64,000 bases of DNA from Octopus sinensis (taxonomy: Eukaryota), in contig NC_042997.1 of NCBI RefSeq assembly GCF_006345805.1, forward strand, positions 183,086,001-183,150,000, read 5' to 3'. The notes under the pieces were generated by a model, which had not been told where the DNA came from, did not search any database, and worked only from the letters and a program-made list of their open reading frames with translations. Made by a program: the position numbers and the translations under genes. Positions 27,131 through 39,305 of the stretch are shown here, one piece after another (the stretch's first letter is position 1; each line of letters opens with the position of its first letter).

Positions 27131-27661
27131 GCAAGACAAAGATCTTTTGAGAGGAGGTGGCTTTGTGCCATGTGATGAGATGTTAGAGTATGACAGAGAC
27201 AGAAACTGGTGTCTTACTGTAGAGGAGATACATAGTTTTACTAGTCGGAGAGAGAGTGAGTGAGTGGGTGAATAAGAGAGCAAGGAATGTGATGGCAATA
27301 TGCCTGGGCATACTCTCAAAGTACAGGGATGTGAATATAAATGGCACTGGAAAGGACTACCCAGGCTGTGTGAGAAGGGAGTTTACATGAATGCCGAAGA
27401 AGGTGGGAGAGGGGATGCAATGACTAGTGAAGCTGGGTATATAGTGGAGGAATGACAGAGTGGGAAGGGAGGGATAGGCATAATGCATGAAGAAGAGATG
27501 TTCTGTTTATTGGGGTAGGGTTAATAAAAAATTTAATGTTAAATGGGGGTGGAACACTCCGCCCTTCCAGAACTTGGTTTCACTGAAATGGACAGGTTCT
27601 CTCATGAACCTGATATTGCTAAACATCTCAGTCCATTCTCAAATTAATATATTTACTTTAA

Positions 27662-27882
27662 CCCTTTAGTGTTTAAACTGGCCAAATCCGGCCCAATATA
27701 TTCTAGATGTTTTATATTCAGCCTGGTGATATCTAGCCTCTCACACCTAACCTACAATGCCATTCTAAAAATAAACAATCACATCATTGAAACCTCAAAG
27801 CTATAAGATAATCCAGGATTAATTCAAAACAATTTGAATGAAAAAGTATTACATTTAACAGAATAATCTGAACACTAAAGGG
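27662..27882. mobile_element. piggyBac-type MITE (221 bp)
   Basis: TTAA|CCCTTTAGTGTT ... AACACTAAAGGG|TTAA: perfect 12-bp TIR and TTAA TSD. Confidence 0.9.
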
Positions 27883-28385
27883 TTAACCTATTTATTTACT
27901 TTATTCTGTTTTATTTCACTTTATTTTCTTTAAATCTGTTATACTTTACTTTATTTGAATCTAGTGATAACTTAATATTTTATTCACTACAGATGAACTT
28001 ACAGTCACTATACTATTTTTATAGGTGACACTATTATAACCCTCTAAAGTTAACTTCTGATCTCTTTACTCCTTTAACTCTTCGAATACTTAGTATTAGT
28101 CTCCCTCCTAATACTTAGTATAATTCCTTCACTACACACCAAGCTGGAATTACTGTGTGACACTGCTATTGTCTGAATACTTTATCTTGCTTGTAACCCT
28201 CAAATGCTTCCTCACCCCTTTGGCTATCTGATAATTCTAACCTTCACTGGACATTGCTACTACAGTTAGGTTCTTGCCATTTACATATGCTCTTTTTCAT
28301 GCCATACTAATGAACATCTACTATCCTATTTATCTCACTATCCTCCATTCCCTCATATGTGTGTGTGTGTGTGTGTGTGTGTATA

Positions 28386-28778
28386 CTCTTTTACTCCCTC
28401 TTTTACTTGTTTTAGTCATTTGACTGCGGCCATGCTGGAGCACCACCTTTAGTCGAGCAAATCGACCCCAGGACTTATTCTTTGTAAGTCTAGTACTTTA
28501 TTGGTCTCTTTTGCCAAACTGCTAAGTTACGGGGAGTAAGCACCAGCATCGGTTGTCAAGTGATGTTGAGGGGACAAACACAGACACACAAGCATATATA
28601 CACATATACATATATATGTACATATCTACGATGGGCTTCTTTCAGTTTCTGTCTCCCAAATGCACTCACAAGTTTTTGGTTGGCCCGAGGCTATAGTAGA
28701 AGACACTTGCCCAAGGTGCCACGCAGTGGGACTGAACCCAGAACCATGTGGTTCATAAGCAAGCTACTTACCACACAA
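28386..28778 (-). mobile_element. full-length tRNA/CORE SINE (family C)
   Basis: Minus-strand head GTGTGGTAAGTAGCTTGC...GGTTCTGGGTTCAGTCCC, CORE-like CCTTGGGCAAGTGTCTTC, internal (CA/TA) tract, (AAAAGAGT)n tail. Confidence 0.88.
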
Positions 28779-30330
28779 TCCCTCTAACTCTTAAGTTAAA
28801 TATGGCTTCACTATACCAATTAGTCTCAATCTACTCTCATGCATTCATGGCTATCTTTTATACTGTCCTGTATTCCTCATAGGCCTTCCACTTGTAGTCT
28901 ACTTCACTCTCTTTGTCATGATAATATCCTTTATTAAAGATAATCCTTAATTCTTCAATGATGGAAAAGGTAACTACAGATATCCTTTATGAAGGATATT
29001 CCTTAATTCTTCCTCTCTGAAGATGGAATAGTTGGCTTTTTAATGAAATATTTGCTCAATGAGATATGCACAGTTGTTTTAGAAACAGCTGTAAGAGACT
29101 TCATGCTCAACTTCTTAATCCCTTATTTACTCTAATGACTGCAATTATGTTTGAAATATAAATTACATGTTCTAAAGTGATAGCACATACTTTGCTTGTT
29201 CATTCTTTCTTTTTAATAAATATCTACCTGTTCAATGATGAACCACTTATCACTATTCATTGCTAGGCAGCTACAACACCACTTTTGTTTTAGTACAGTT
29301 GAAGCTGGAGTTTTAGTGGTAAACCAACCGTTCAAGTTATGGATGATCCTTTTATGACTTCATTGCTTTCAGACTTAGCTTAAGGTATTTTTGTGCCCGA
29401 CATCACAAAATGCGTCTGAATAAACATAGTCAGACACCAAATAGAGACTCGGACATTGCTTAGAAAATAATTTTCATTTTTAACCTTGTATATAGTACGC
29501 ACTAGGGATTTTGACCTTTAAATTTTGGGGAAAAAATGCGGATTATACTCGAGGATTTACGGTACACTCAATTATCATTGTTAAATGTCCACTTTTCCAT
29601 GCTTGCATAGGGCAGATAAAATTCATTTCAAATCCACACACACATATATATACATGTACGTACTAACCTAAGATTGGTTTGATTGGGACTTCTGTAAATT
29701 TGAATCTTCATGCAGCACAGTCATGCCATGGGTAAATGTTATTCTCAAACTTTCTTTAAAATAACTATATTAGCATTTGTGTGTGTGTGTGTGTGTTTAT
29801 ATATATATAAACAAAAATGAGCTAAGAGAGATAACTCCGATTGGCCAATGGCCAGTATTTCAACAACATAAGTATATCAAAGATCATACAATTTAAATGC
29901 TTGATTTATTAAAATTCTCTCCATCTCTAGATGATGTGCCATAAGGACCAAATGGCAATTAAGACCAGGTCCATATGACAAGAGATGATATCAAGATTCA
30001 AGAATTCTCCTAAGTATATCAGTAGCAGGCAAAAACATTTAGCAGCAGAATTGTTAAATCCAGATTTATACTTCTTTCAGCATTACCAGTGGCAAGTATC
30101 CACTAGTAACTACATGTCAAGACAAATTCGGCCTCTACTGACAGAGAAAAACAGTAATTTACAAATCAGTGGTATTACAATTAGCTGGGTGCTTGAAACT
30201 GGTCTACTACTGATAGATTTTTGTACTTATTAGCACGATATGTCTTTGAGATGCTTTTTTTTTAGACAGATATCAGTTTTCTGGTTTTCTGCAGTATATC
30301 CACATTAAGTAGATTTATATATATATATAT

Positions 30331-30636
30331 GTGGAGGCGCAACGGCCCAGTGGTTAGGGCAGCGGACTCGTGGTCAGAGGATCACAGTTTCGATTCCCAG
30401 ACTGGGCGTTGTGTGTGTTTATTGAGCGAAAACGCCTAAAAGCTCCACAAGGCTCTGACAGAGGGTGGTGGCGACCTCTGTTGTACTCTTTAGCCCCAAC
30501 TTTCTCTCACTCTCTCTTCTTGTTTCTTGAGTAGCGCTGTGATGGACTGGCGACCCGTCCAGCTGGGGGGCGGGGACTCATACACCACAGAAACCGGGAA
30601 ACCGGGCCCATGAGCCTGGCTAGGCTTGAAAAGGGC
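30331..30636 (+). mobile_element. family B-head SINE with V-like 3' part
   Basis: GTGGAGGCGCAACGGCCCAGTGGTTAGGGCAGCGG head and body as in 8193-8580, then GCTGTGATGGACTGGCGACCCGTCCAGC as in 8601-8841. Confidence 0.88.
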
Positions 30637-30650
30637 AACATTTATTGTTT

Positions 30651-30681
<31 letters not shown>

Positions 30682-30695
30682 GTATATGTATATAT

Positions 30696-30796
30696 CACGC
30701 ATACATACATACATATCATCATCATCATCATCATTTAGCATGGAAAACGGACGCTAAATGATGATGATGATGATGATATGTATGTATGTATGCGTG
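30696..30796. repeat. perfect 44-bp inverted repeat with 13-nt loop
   Basis: 30696-30739 is the exact reverse complement of 30753-30796; loop plus right arm begin with the extreme RTE 3' end (ATGGAAAACGGACGCTAAATGATGAT). Confidence 0.9.
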
Positions 30797-30940
30797 GTGC
30801 AAGAATGAAAAAGCAAGATGAGGTAAAATAGCAAATAGTGTATTAGTTTTATGCTCAGGAAAAATAGAAGTCTTTTACATTTCAAACATGCATTCCTCTG
30901 CCGAAAAAGTAGACAAGGAGAGAAGTGGATGTATTTCCTA
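30797..30940 (-). mobile_element. decayed Penelope-end-like repeat
   Basis: GTATTAGTTTTATGCTCAGGAA...GTCTTTTACATTTC...GCCGAAA resembles 12231-12332 and a decayed hammerhead. Confidence 0.4.
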
Positions 30941-31099
30941 ATCCTAGCCATGTAGGAAATGGTTCGGTAAAGAGGGAATAATGACTAGCAGGTCAGAAAG
31001 AATGACGATGTGGTAATGAATTGTACTTTTTTGCACACTACTTCTGATTTTCCTAGTTTTCCTCTCAACACATTTGTACTTTTTTTTTATGTTCTGCTT

Positions 31100-31650
31100 C
31101 TTTCCTTGCCATGTACACCTGTCACCTAGCTTCCCTTTTTAGCTACCTGATATTCTTCTCTGCTCTCTGTGTGAATCTTTCCAAGCATGAGTTTTCATTT
31201 TTATGGCTCTCTACCTCAAGGACTCTACATCACTTTAGGCTAGCAACCATAGCTGTAACTTCTATGGATACTATGGAAGTCATCAGAGTGCTGCCCACTA
31301 TATCCATTGAAGTCACGAGCTATATATAAGGTCACTGTTATTTGTCATCAAGACAGTATGGAAGAGGGCTTTGTAGAATTAGTCCTGATTTATCTGCCAG
31401 TCCAAATTGTGGAGCAAATGCAGAGATAGATGTTACTGTTGCTTTAACAAAAACTTGTATAAGCTTTATCTTGTCACCCACTCTAACTACCTCCATCAAG
31501 TTTTCTGCTGGTAGTATGTCTACTCCTTCCATACCATCACTACTACCTATTCAAAGAAATCTATGCCTTTGTTTCTTGTCTGTCAAGAGTTTGGCTGAGG
31601 TGCCCTCTATCTTGTCTCTTGCACTTGATACACATATACGCACCTTTGCT
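31100..31650 (-). pseudogene. old RTE AP-endonuclease fragment
   Basis: EGVDILPAENLMEVVRVGDKI...TSISAFAPQFGLAD...ARDFNG aligns to the APE of the 50-54 kb RTE. Confidence 0.7.
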
Positions 31651-32149
31651 TTAGCATTTCTTTAACCTCTAGGCCTACCTTACATTGTATCTATTTTATA
31701 GCAGCTCTAAAGCTGTGGTTTTGATATGAAGGGTGGGGGTTGCTACCTTTCAGCACCTGAAAGGAAAATATTTGTGCAAATGTTTGCCAGCAGACATTGG
31801 GCTTTTGCACATGCTCAAATATCCAAATGTTTCCACTTAATTATTTATTTAATCTCCAATCATCAGGGATAGGTGCCTGCAGAATGATATAAGGCACCAG
31901 GCTATGCACCAAGAGGCCTCATCAAAGAGGTAGTACAGGAGAGGATATACAGTAAGAAATGTAAGGAAAATTGACTATGGTGTGTGTGTGTGTGCGCAAA
32001 TACATAAACACTCATATATGCAGGTAGTGCATCTGTTTGTCTATGCACTAAACAAAAGAAACAATATGTAAAAATATTCTTTATCATCATTTTAATGTCT
32101 ACTTTCACATGCTTGCATGGGTTGAATGGACTTTATTGTGGTAGATATT

Positions 32150-33232
32150 CAACCAAGCTCTAAATTCTGCATCAGTATTGAACAACACTTCGCACATAGC
32201 ATTTGAAAGAGATCAAAAGAGGTGGAAATTCATTAGTGCCAAATTAGGAGAGTACTGTGGGTGTGGCAGAACTTCCCAGACATGCATTTGAATGGCTTCC
32301 TTGGTCATATTGGCGATATGAGGGTGGGTGTTATCATGCTGCTGATTACGTCTTTTCTCTTGAATAGCCGTGTTGAGTCTTTCCATCTGTTGAACATAGA
32401 GTTCCACGTTGACTGCTTGGTTATGTTCAAGCAATTCATTTAGGATAGTCCCTTCCCAGTTTCGCCATAAGCACAACATCGTTTTATGCGGATGAAGATC
32501 TTGTTTCACGCGTGTTGTTGCTTGTTTACTGTGGCTAAGCCATTCCGTATGCTGCTTCATATTGATGTACAGGCACCATTTTTCGTCGCTAGTAATGATT
32601 CGGTAAAGAAATCATTGCTTGTGTCCATGAGTTGAGCAGTGATGAGCAAGCAAACCAGCAGAGATTGTGGCTCATTGATTTTTACTGTTGTCACTTAAAG
32701 CATGCGGAACCCATGCTCCATACTTCTGAACCTTTCCCATCAAGTGAAGATGCTTCTCTATAGCAGTGTGGGAGCATTCCATTTTCTCTGCCAGTTCCCT
32801 TGTTGTTTGATGAGAATTTTCACGCAAAAGTTGGTTTAATCGCTCTTCATCAAACTCAACTAATCGGCCAAAACAAGGGACATCTTTGAGGTCAAAATTT
32901 CCATTTTTGAACTTGGAATACCAATTGAGGGGTTCTTTCAGCTATAGCACTACCTCCATACACAGCACAAATGTAGCGAGCAGCTTCTGCAGCCTTGGAA
33001 CCTTGATTAAAAGCAAAAGGAAGGTGTCGAAAATGTTCGTTTTTCTTAACTTGACATTGCATTTTAATGATCTGGGCGGAAAAAAAAAAAGAACTAAAAT
33101 TAACTAGAAAAAAAAACAAAATAGATTCCAAAATGATACAAAAATAGAATCGCAAAAAAAATAGATTCCAAAATTTAAAAATGCAATGAATTCCAAAATT
33201 TAGATAAATGTCGGGAACTTAGTTGCCAGCAA
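32150..33232 (-). mobile_element. mariner (DD34D) relic, 3' truncated
   Basis: MQCQVKKNEHFRHL..FAFNQGSKAAEAA (HTH); HDNTHPH..VWEVLPHPQYSPNLALMNFHLF; TIR ACTTAGTTGCCAGCAA|TA. Confidence 0.9.
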
Positions 33233-33334
33233 TATATGAATAAGATATATATATCTCTAAATAATATATATATATATCTCTAAATAATATATGTATATAT
33301 CTATAAATAATATGTGTATATATGTATATATAAT

Positions 33335-33365
<31 letters not shown>

Positions 33366-33387
33366 CTATATATATATATATATATAA

Positions 33388-33676
33388 TCATCATCATCAT
33401 CATCATCGTTTAACGTCCGCTTTCCATGCTAGCATGGGTTGGACGGTTCAACTGGGGTCTGGGAAGCCCGAAGGCTGCACCAGGCCAGTCAGATCTGGCG
33501 GTGTTTCTACAGCTGGATGCCCTTCCTAACGCCAACCACTCCATGAGTGTAGTGGGTGCTTTTTATGTGCCACCGACACAGGTGCCAGACGAGGCTGGCG
33601 AACGGCCATGCTTGGATGGTATTTTTTACGTGCCACTGGCACGGAGGCCAAGCGAGGCTGGCACGGCCACGATCGG
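33388..33676 (-). mobile_element. RTE 3' UTR fragment
   Basis: Homologous to 22039-22430. Confidence 0.85.
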
Positions 33677-33774
33677 ATATATATATATAAATAATATATA
33701 TGTAAATATATAATATATATGTATATATAAGAAATTAAAAAAAGGAAAATACACACACTTTACATAGTTTAATA

Positions 33775-34900
33775 TAATTTTTAATATATCGACTGGTTTC
33801 ACTTTTGCTATTCATGATATTATGGTTTACTTATTTGAATATGTATTTTCTTAAGAAGAAATTTTTGTCCATGTTATGTGTGATGATATTTACGAGTGAA
33901 TGCCTTCACAAGTAGAGAAATGAGGGGAGCTAATTGGTTATTGTTTTTGTTGTAGGTTAGGGAGATAACTTCAGCTTTCCGTAAGGGGAGAGGAATATAT
34001 ATGTACACACAAAAAAGGGTTTCAAAAACTTGTTTAGTGAGGGGATTCGTGATGTAATCGTGAAATATGTAAAAAGATATGTTGGTTATGCGTGCATATT
34101 AAGACGTGTTCTGTATTTTTCAACGAAAAAGTTTCTTTATTTAAATGTTCTTGTGGAGAGATTGTGTCTTTGCACTGGTAGAAGGGGAAGACTGTGAAAT
34201 TTGGTTTGATGTTATCTGCACATTTTTCTATATGTTCACTGAGAGGAATTTGCCTGTATTGCGGGGAAACGGATTTGTTCTTTATGTAGAGTTGTTCTCC
34301 TTCTCAAGGTCATACTTGTCTGTCCAATATAGTTGTGTCCGCAACCCGAGCAGGTTATTACATAAATTAGGTTCTCAGAAGCACAAGTGAAACTAGTTTT
34401 AATTGTGAACCTCTGTCCTTGTTTGAGAAGGAAATCCGAGCCTTCAAGTTGGGGCAGGTTCCAAAGTTTGGGCGTGCACATTTTTTAACCGTTGGTTTCG
34501 TGGTTGTTTTGTAAAGCTTTGCATTTGTTAGTAGTCTCTTTAGCGATTTGTGTTGCTTTTTGCATTTGATGAGTTTATGCATTTTCGGGATGTTGTTCAT
34601 TTTTGGATCTCTAGTTAGTAAAGGAAGATTTTGCACAATAGTGTTGAATGCCTCACTGTTTCTGGGGTTGTGTGTTGATATAAATAGTAGTGTTTCGAGG
34701 TTCAGTAAAACAGCTCTCGGGTACATTTTGCTCTCTAAAAAGGTACGTGTCTATTTTTTCTATAAGCGTATAAGAATGACTTATTCAATACTTCTTCACT
34801 TAGCTTTTATCTTCACTTTTCTTAAATTGGATACATCTGCTCTTAAGCTGCAGAAGTTTGGCAGTACAGTTAAAAATCATTTCTGCTTTACTTCTTAGAT
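33775..34900 (-). mobile_element. Penelope-like retroelement 3' part (RT thumb, linker, GIY-YIG endonuclease), frameshifted
   Basis: FISTHNPRN...CKKQHKSLKRLLTNAK...KKCARPNFGTC / FTCASENLIYVITCSGCGHNYIGQTSMTLRRRTTLHKEQI / PQYRQIPLSEHIEKC...FPFYQ. Confidence 0.9.
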
Positions 34901-35350
34901 ACAATTTTCCCGTAAATTCTTACAGTTTCATTTCTTGGTGATGATTGAAATGTCAAGCATTTTCTAACTGCTAAAGCAATTCTTTATGTCATCTTTTTAA
35001 TGCGTCTCTATTAAAACCATCATAGCTTATGCCTAATTGAAAACGATAGATGATCTCTTATCATTTAGCTTCTTGGTTATTCACTATTGTTCTTTCTAAT
35101 CAATTTACCGATATTGTCCTTCAAAGCTGCATGTTTTTTTTTAAACATTTCATTAATTTTTTTCTTATTTATCGTTATACATTTTGACCTGTAATAACAG
35201 ATAAAGATTAATACTTTGTTCAAAAACGTTAGCGTTTTACTTTAAGAGATGGGTTCAAGTTGCAAAAAACTATACTTTCGTTAAACTTAGTATTTGCTTC
35301 TTTAAAAAATCTCATGACGTTTGGCTCAGTAAAAACCATCTTTACAGATA

Positions 35351-35972
35351 ATGCCTAACCGAAAACGATCAATGCTCTGTTCCAAAAGGAATGCCCTCCT
35401 AAAACAGCGAAAAAGGGAGTTGCGTTCACAGGTATGTTTTTCAACATTCATATCATTTCGATTTCGCTTCCACACATTCTCGTGTATCCCATTTAAATAT
35501 TGCACTTTCATATGTGCTCTACTATTCCTTTCAGGAAACACCAGAAGCAAGAGAGGCCCGTCTTGCTGCACAGCGTAGTCGTGATCAACGTTCACTACTC
35601 GAGGAGTCAGCAGAAGCAAGGCAGGCTCGTCTTGCTGCCCAGCGTCATCGTGATCAATGCTCACTACTTGATAAGCCTATTGATGCAAGGCAGGCCCGTC
35701 TTGCTTCTATGCATATTCGAAATCAGCACACACTCTTTCAGGAGTCAGCAGAAACAAAGCAGGCCCGTCTTGCCAGCCAGCGTAATCGTAATCGACGCTC
35801 ACTTCTTGAGGCTAGGAAAAACTGGTTAGCAGGTCTATGTCAAAGAAATGTTGCTGCTGCAAGGGGCACATTTTGGATGAGAGCTGGCTTCAGATACAGG
35901 CCTGCAGATGATTTCTCCAATCACCCAGACGTGACCTTTGATAAAATGGACAGGGAATGCCAATTTTGTTGA
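35351..35972 (+). CDS. two-exon Helitron-type N-terminal ORF: basic NLS-like exon plus four 23-aa STPR repeats, ending in a premature stop in the zinc-knuckle (spliced product 172 aa)
   Basis: Exon 35351-35431 MPNRKRSMLCSKRNALLKQRKRELRSQ; phase-0 intron CAG|GTATGT ... TTTCAG (35432-35534); exon ETPEAREARLAAQRSRDQRSLLE-type repeats x4, then AGFRY...MDRECQFC*; VKKWAGEAAGLCCSGSKVRL continues past the stop to about 36040. Confidence 0.6.
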
Positions 35973-36642
35973 GTTAAGAAGTGGGCTGGTGAGGCAGCTG
36001 GTCTTTGTTGTTCCGGAAGCAAGGTTCGACTTCAGCCTTCTGCTCTCTGCAAATAAAATTTTTACAGATACAGCTGCTTACAAAAATAGGGATTAATGTA
36101 TAATTTCTTTCTATGTCCATAATTAAATCAATGTTTTAATGATTACACACACAGAAACACAAGTTGAGTTTTATTGTTAGGATACATATATTTCTATATT
36201 CATTGTTTAATTATTATATCTTCATTTATTTTATATTATTTTTGACCTGACAAGTGGCTGTATATTTTAAAATCAAATTTATATTAAATTTTAATATTAT
36301 CGATTTAATTATATAGTCACAAAACTTGCGTAGTCAATTTAATGTTCATTTAATTTAGTGATTTTTAGAATAATATTTATTATATTTAAATTCTTTCTAT
36401 ATGATTTATTATAGATAATATCTTTCACTATTAATTAAATTACTTAGAGGTTTTGTCTATATATATATGCATATTTAGATGCATATATATACATGCAAAT
36501 ATATATATCTATACATATAAATTTGACATGGGCTATTCTTTCTTGTCTTGAGATTCACGGTGAAACGACTGGGTGGAATTGCGCGAAAAATTACAGATAT
36601 GTGTAGAATGATGCGGTGGTGATGGTGGGCTTTGTATTTTTA

Positions 36643-36826
36643 CATAGCTCCCATGGTTATCAAGATAATCTACTATAATAATACTCTTTTGTTTATGAAT
36701 GAGGAAGGGGTGATAGATGTATAACGAAGGAAGGGGTGATGTAATTTTTTCATAGCTTCCATGGTTACTGAGATAATGTACTATAATAATCTCTTGTGTT
36801 TATGAATGAGAAAGGAAGGGGTGATG
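36643..36826. repeat. two imperfect direct repeats (108-bp period)
   Basis: CATAGCT.CCATGGTTA...CTATAATAAT...TTTATGAATGAG..GGAAGGGGTGAT begins at 36643 and again at 36751. Confidence 0.8.
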
Positions 36827-38149
36827 TTATACTTGGTAGTGGAATGATGAAAATTGTATGCTGAAAAAATAAATCAAGCAGCATTTCACCTCTGTATATA
36901 TGTATGTGTATGTAAAAGGGAGGGTATGTGAATATGTGTGTGCGCTTGCAATGGAAATGGGATGCTTCATCTTTGTTAACTTAGTATTTGGTTTGAGTTT
37001 TCGATTTGGTTGAATCTTGGTGCTTTTTTTGCTGGTTAGTTATTTTTAGCATTTTGACAGAGGTATGTCATTCTAAAGTTGTTTTTTAACATAAGCGTGC
37101 CTAAACAAGTCGAATGCTTACACAGAGCAGGTTTTACAGCCACATCATCCAAATATATATATGCATATATGTATATATCCGTATATATATACACATATGC
37201 ATATATATATATATATATATGTGCATATACATACATATATGCATATACACACACTCTAGTTGGTGTACCCAGTAATTCCCGGTCAAGATGTTCTATTGAA
37301 AAACCTTATTACTCTGATGTGAGAAAGGAATTTGGTTACAACTGCCACAAAAGATGTATTTTCCGTCACAAAAAAGTACAAAAAACTGTCTGCTGGTGGA
37401 GGGAGAGATTGTTGGAGGTTGGCGAGAAAGATTGTTGGAAGTTTAGTGAGAGAGGTTGGTGAGAGGTAAAGACATTATTCTGCTTAACGAAGGTATCTGG
37501 GAAATGTATTAACTTCTGTCATTCACAGAAAAACTATGGTTTTACCGTGAGAAAAGTGCTGTTGAAGTGATAAGTTAAATTTAGCAACCGAGGATCCATG
37601 CTATGCCTGCATGAAGTTACTACAAATACGTTGAATAAAATATCTACTGTCATGGAAGAAGTGTAACTCTAAAAATGCAGAATTATCAGAGTAATTGGTA
37701 TTCAAGAAAGTATGTATGTATAGAAATGTATGAATGAAGTCTTTAATGTTTAAGATTCAAATTAAGGAAGTGCAATGGTAATGTTTATCAGTTCAAAAGT
37801 GTGAGTTGTGAAATGCAGAATTAGGTCGGCTGATCGTGAGAATCAAATATTGATCACTTCGCTAAAATCTGCAGGTGTTATGGGTTGTTTAAATAAAATA
37901 TTAGTAATATGTAGTAGATAGAAGGATCCATTGAAAGGGCCCTGTTATTGATTGTTTTCAACAGTCTAAGTATGTCATGAGGTTTCCAGACATGAATTCT
38001 ACTCGCGTGTCAAAGTATGAAAGAGATATTGTCTGCAAAAATTAGAAATAGAACACACAAAAAGATCAATATTCAAAGTAATCGAACATAAGCAATGAAA
38101 TGGGTTATTTCTTTTGAGTGTTTAAAAAAAATATTGTACAGGTGTTATG

Positions 38150-39305
38150 GTTTATTTCCCTTGGGTGTTTAAAAAAAGTAGTTATATGAGGTAGATATAA
38201 AGGTCATCTGTGTTTCCTGCCGTGAGGTAGGCTTGTCTGGAACCCGTAACAGGAAAAGATCTAGTTTTGTTTTAAAGACACTTACATCCACACCATGCAG
38301 GTCTCTCAGGCATTTTGGAAGAATATTAAAGAGCTGTGGGCCCTTGAAACCCAAGCTGTTGCAGTATCTGGTCCTGTATTTTTATTATGATGCCGGGATC
38401 ATTGGCATTATGCAGTGGCATCCCGTTCTACACTTTGAGTAACTTTCAATGCTGAGTTTGGTACAACGCTTTCTAGTATTTTCCAGATGTATATCACTGC
38501 ATATTTCTCCCGCCTTTGTTTCGAGGAGAAGAGTTTTAATTCTTTACGTCTTTCCCAGTAGCTGACATGTTTCATTGAGACGATTTTCTTAGTGTAGCTT
38601 CATTGCATTGCTTTGAGCTCTACCATGGATTTTTTATTGTGTGGTGACCATAGTTGGGAGCAATAGTCTTAGTGGCTGAGAATGTATGTCCTTTAAAGGA
38701 TCATCAATGTTTCCTTTTCTCTTGTTTTGAAATTTCGGAGGGTCCATCCATCCAGCCGTCTGCATTTTATTACCATTGCTCATTTTATTACCATTATCAT
38801 TGCTCATGTCAATGCCCAGGTCACGCACTGACTTTGATTCAGGGATTTGAATTCCTCCTCGGCCAGTGTATCCTGTCTGCATGTCATTTAGCATTGTGGG
38901 CCTGGAATTTTTCTGCATTAAACTGCATGTTGTCCTCAGCCCACCTGTATATTGCGTCCAACTCCTGTTGGAAATGTGCAATATTTCCAGGATTTTGTAT
39001 TGTCTGAGAGATTTTTGTGTCATCTGCATAACTATCAAGGGTAGCTATCTGAGCAGCCAAGGGCATGTCTGAAAGAGTCACTGTGAACAGTAGTGGTCCC
39101 AAGACAGTGCCCTGTGGAATGCTATTTGCATTTCATTGGCCACTACTGCCTGACGTCTATCCTTTAGAAAGTTGTGCAGCCATTCTCCAAGTTTTCTGCA
39201 TATGCTGAGATCACACAGTTTGTGACATATCATACCATGGTCAACTTTATCAAAGTCAAGATATATCATATCAATGCTTGAGTCATTCAGCAGCTGTTTT
39301 TGCAC
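38150..39305 (-). mobile_element. CR1/L2-group LINE reverse transcriptase fragment, decayed
   Basis: DMIYLDFDKVDHG; GPLLFTVTLSDMP...SYADDTKI; GPQLFNILPKCLRDLHGVDVSVFKTKLDLFL. Confidence 0.88.

Noticed and set aside
29985-30233. 82-aa non-repetitive ORF
   Set aside because: No recognisable motif, and its length is compatible with chance.
37255-37295. Possible Helitron 3' end on the minus strand (degenerate hairpin plus CTAG)
   Set aside because: The hairpin has several mismatches and CTAG is followed by A rather than T.
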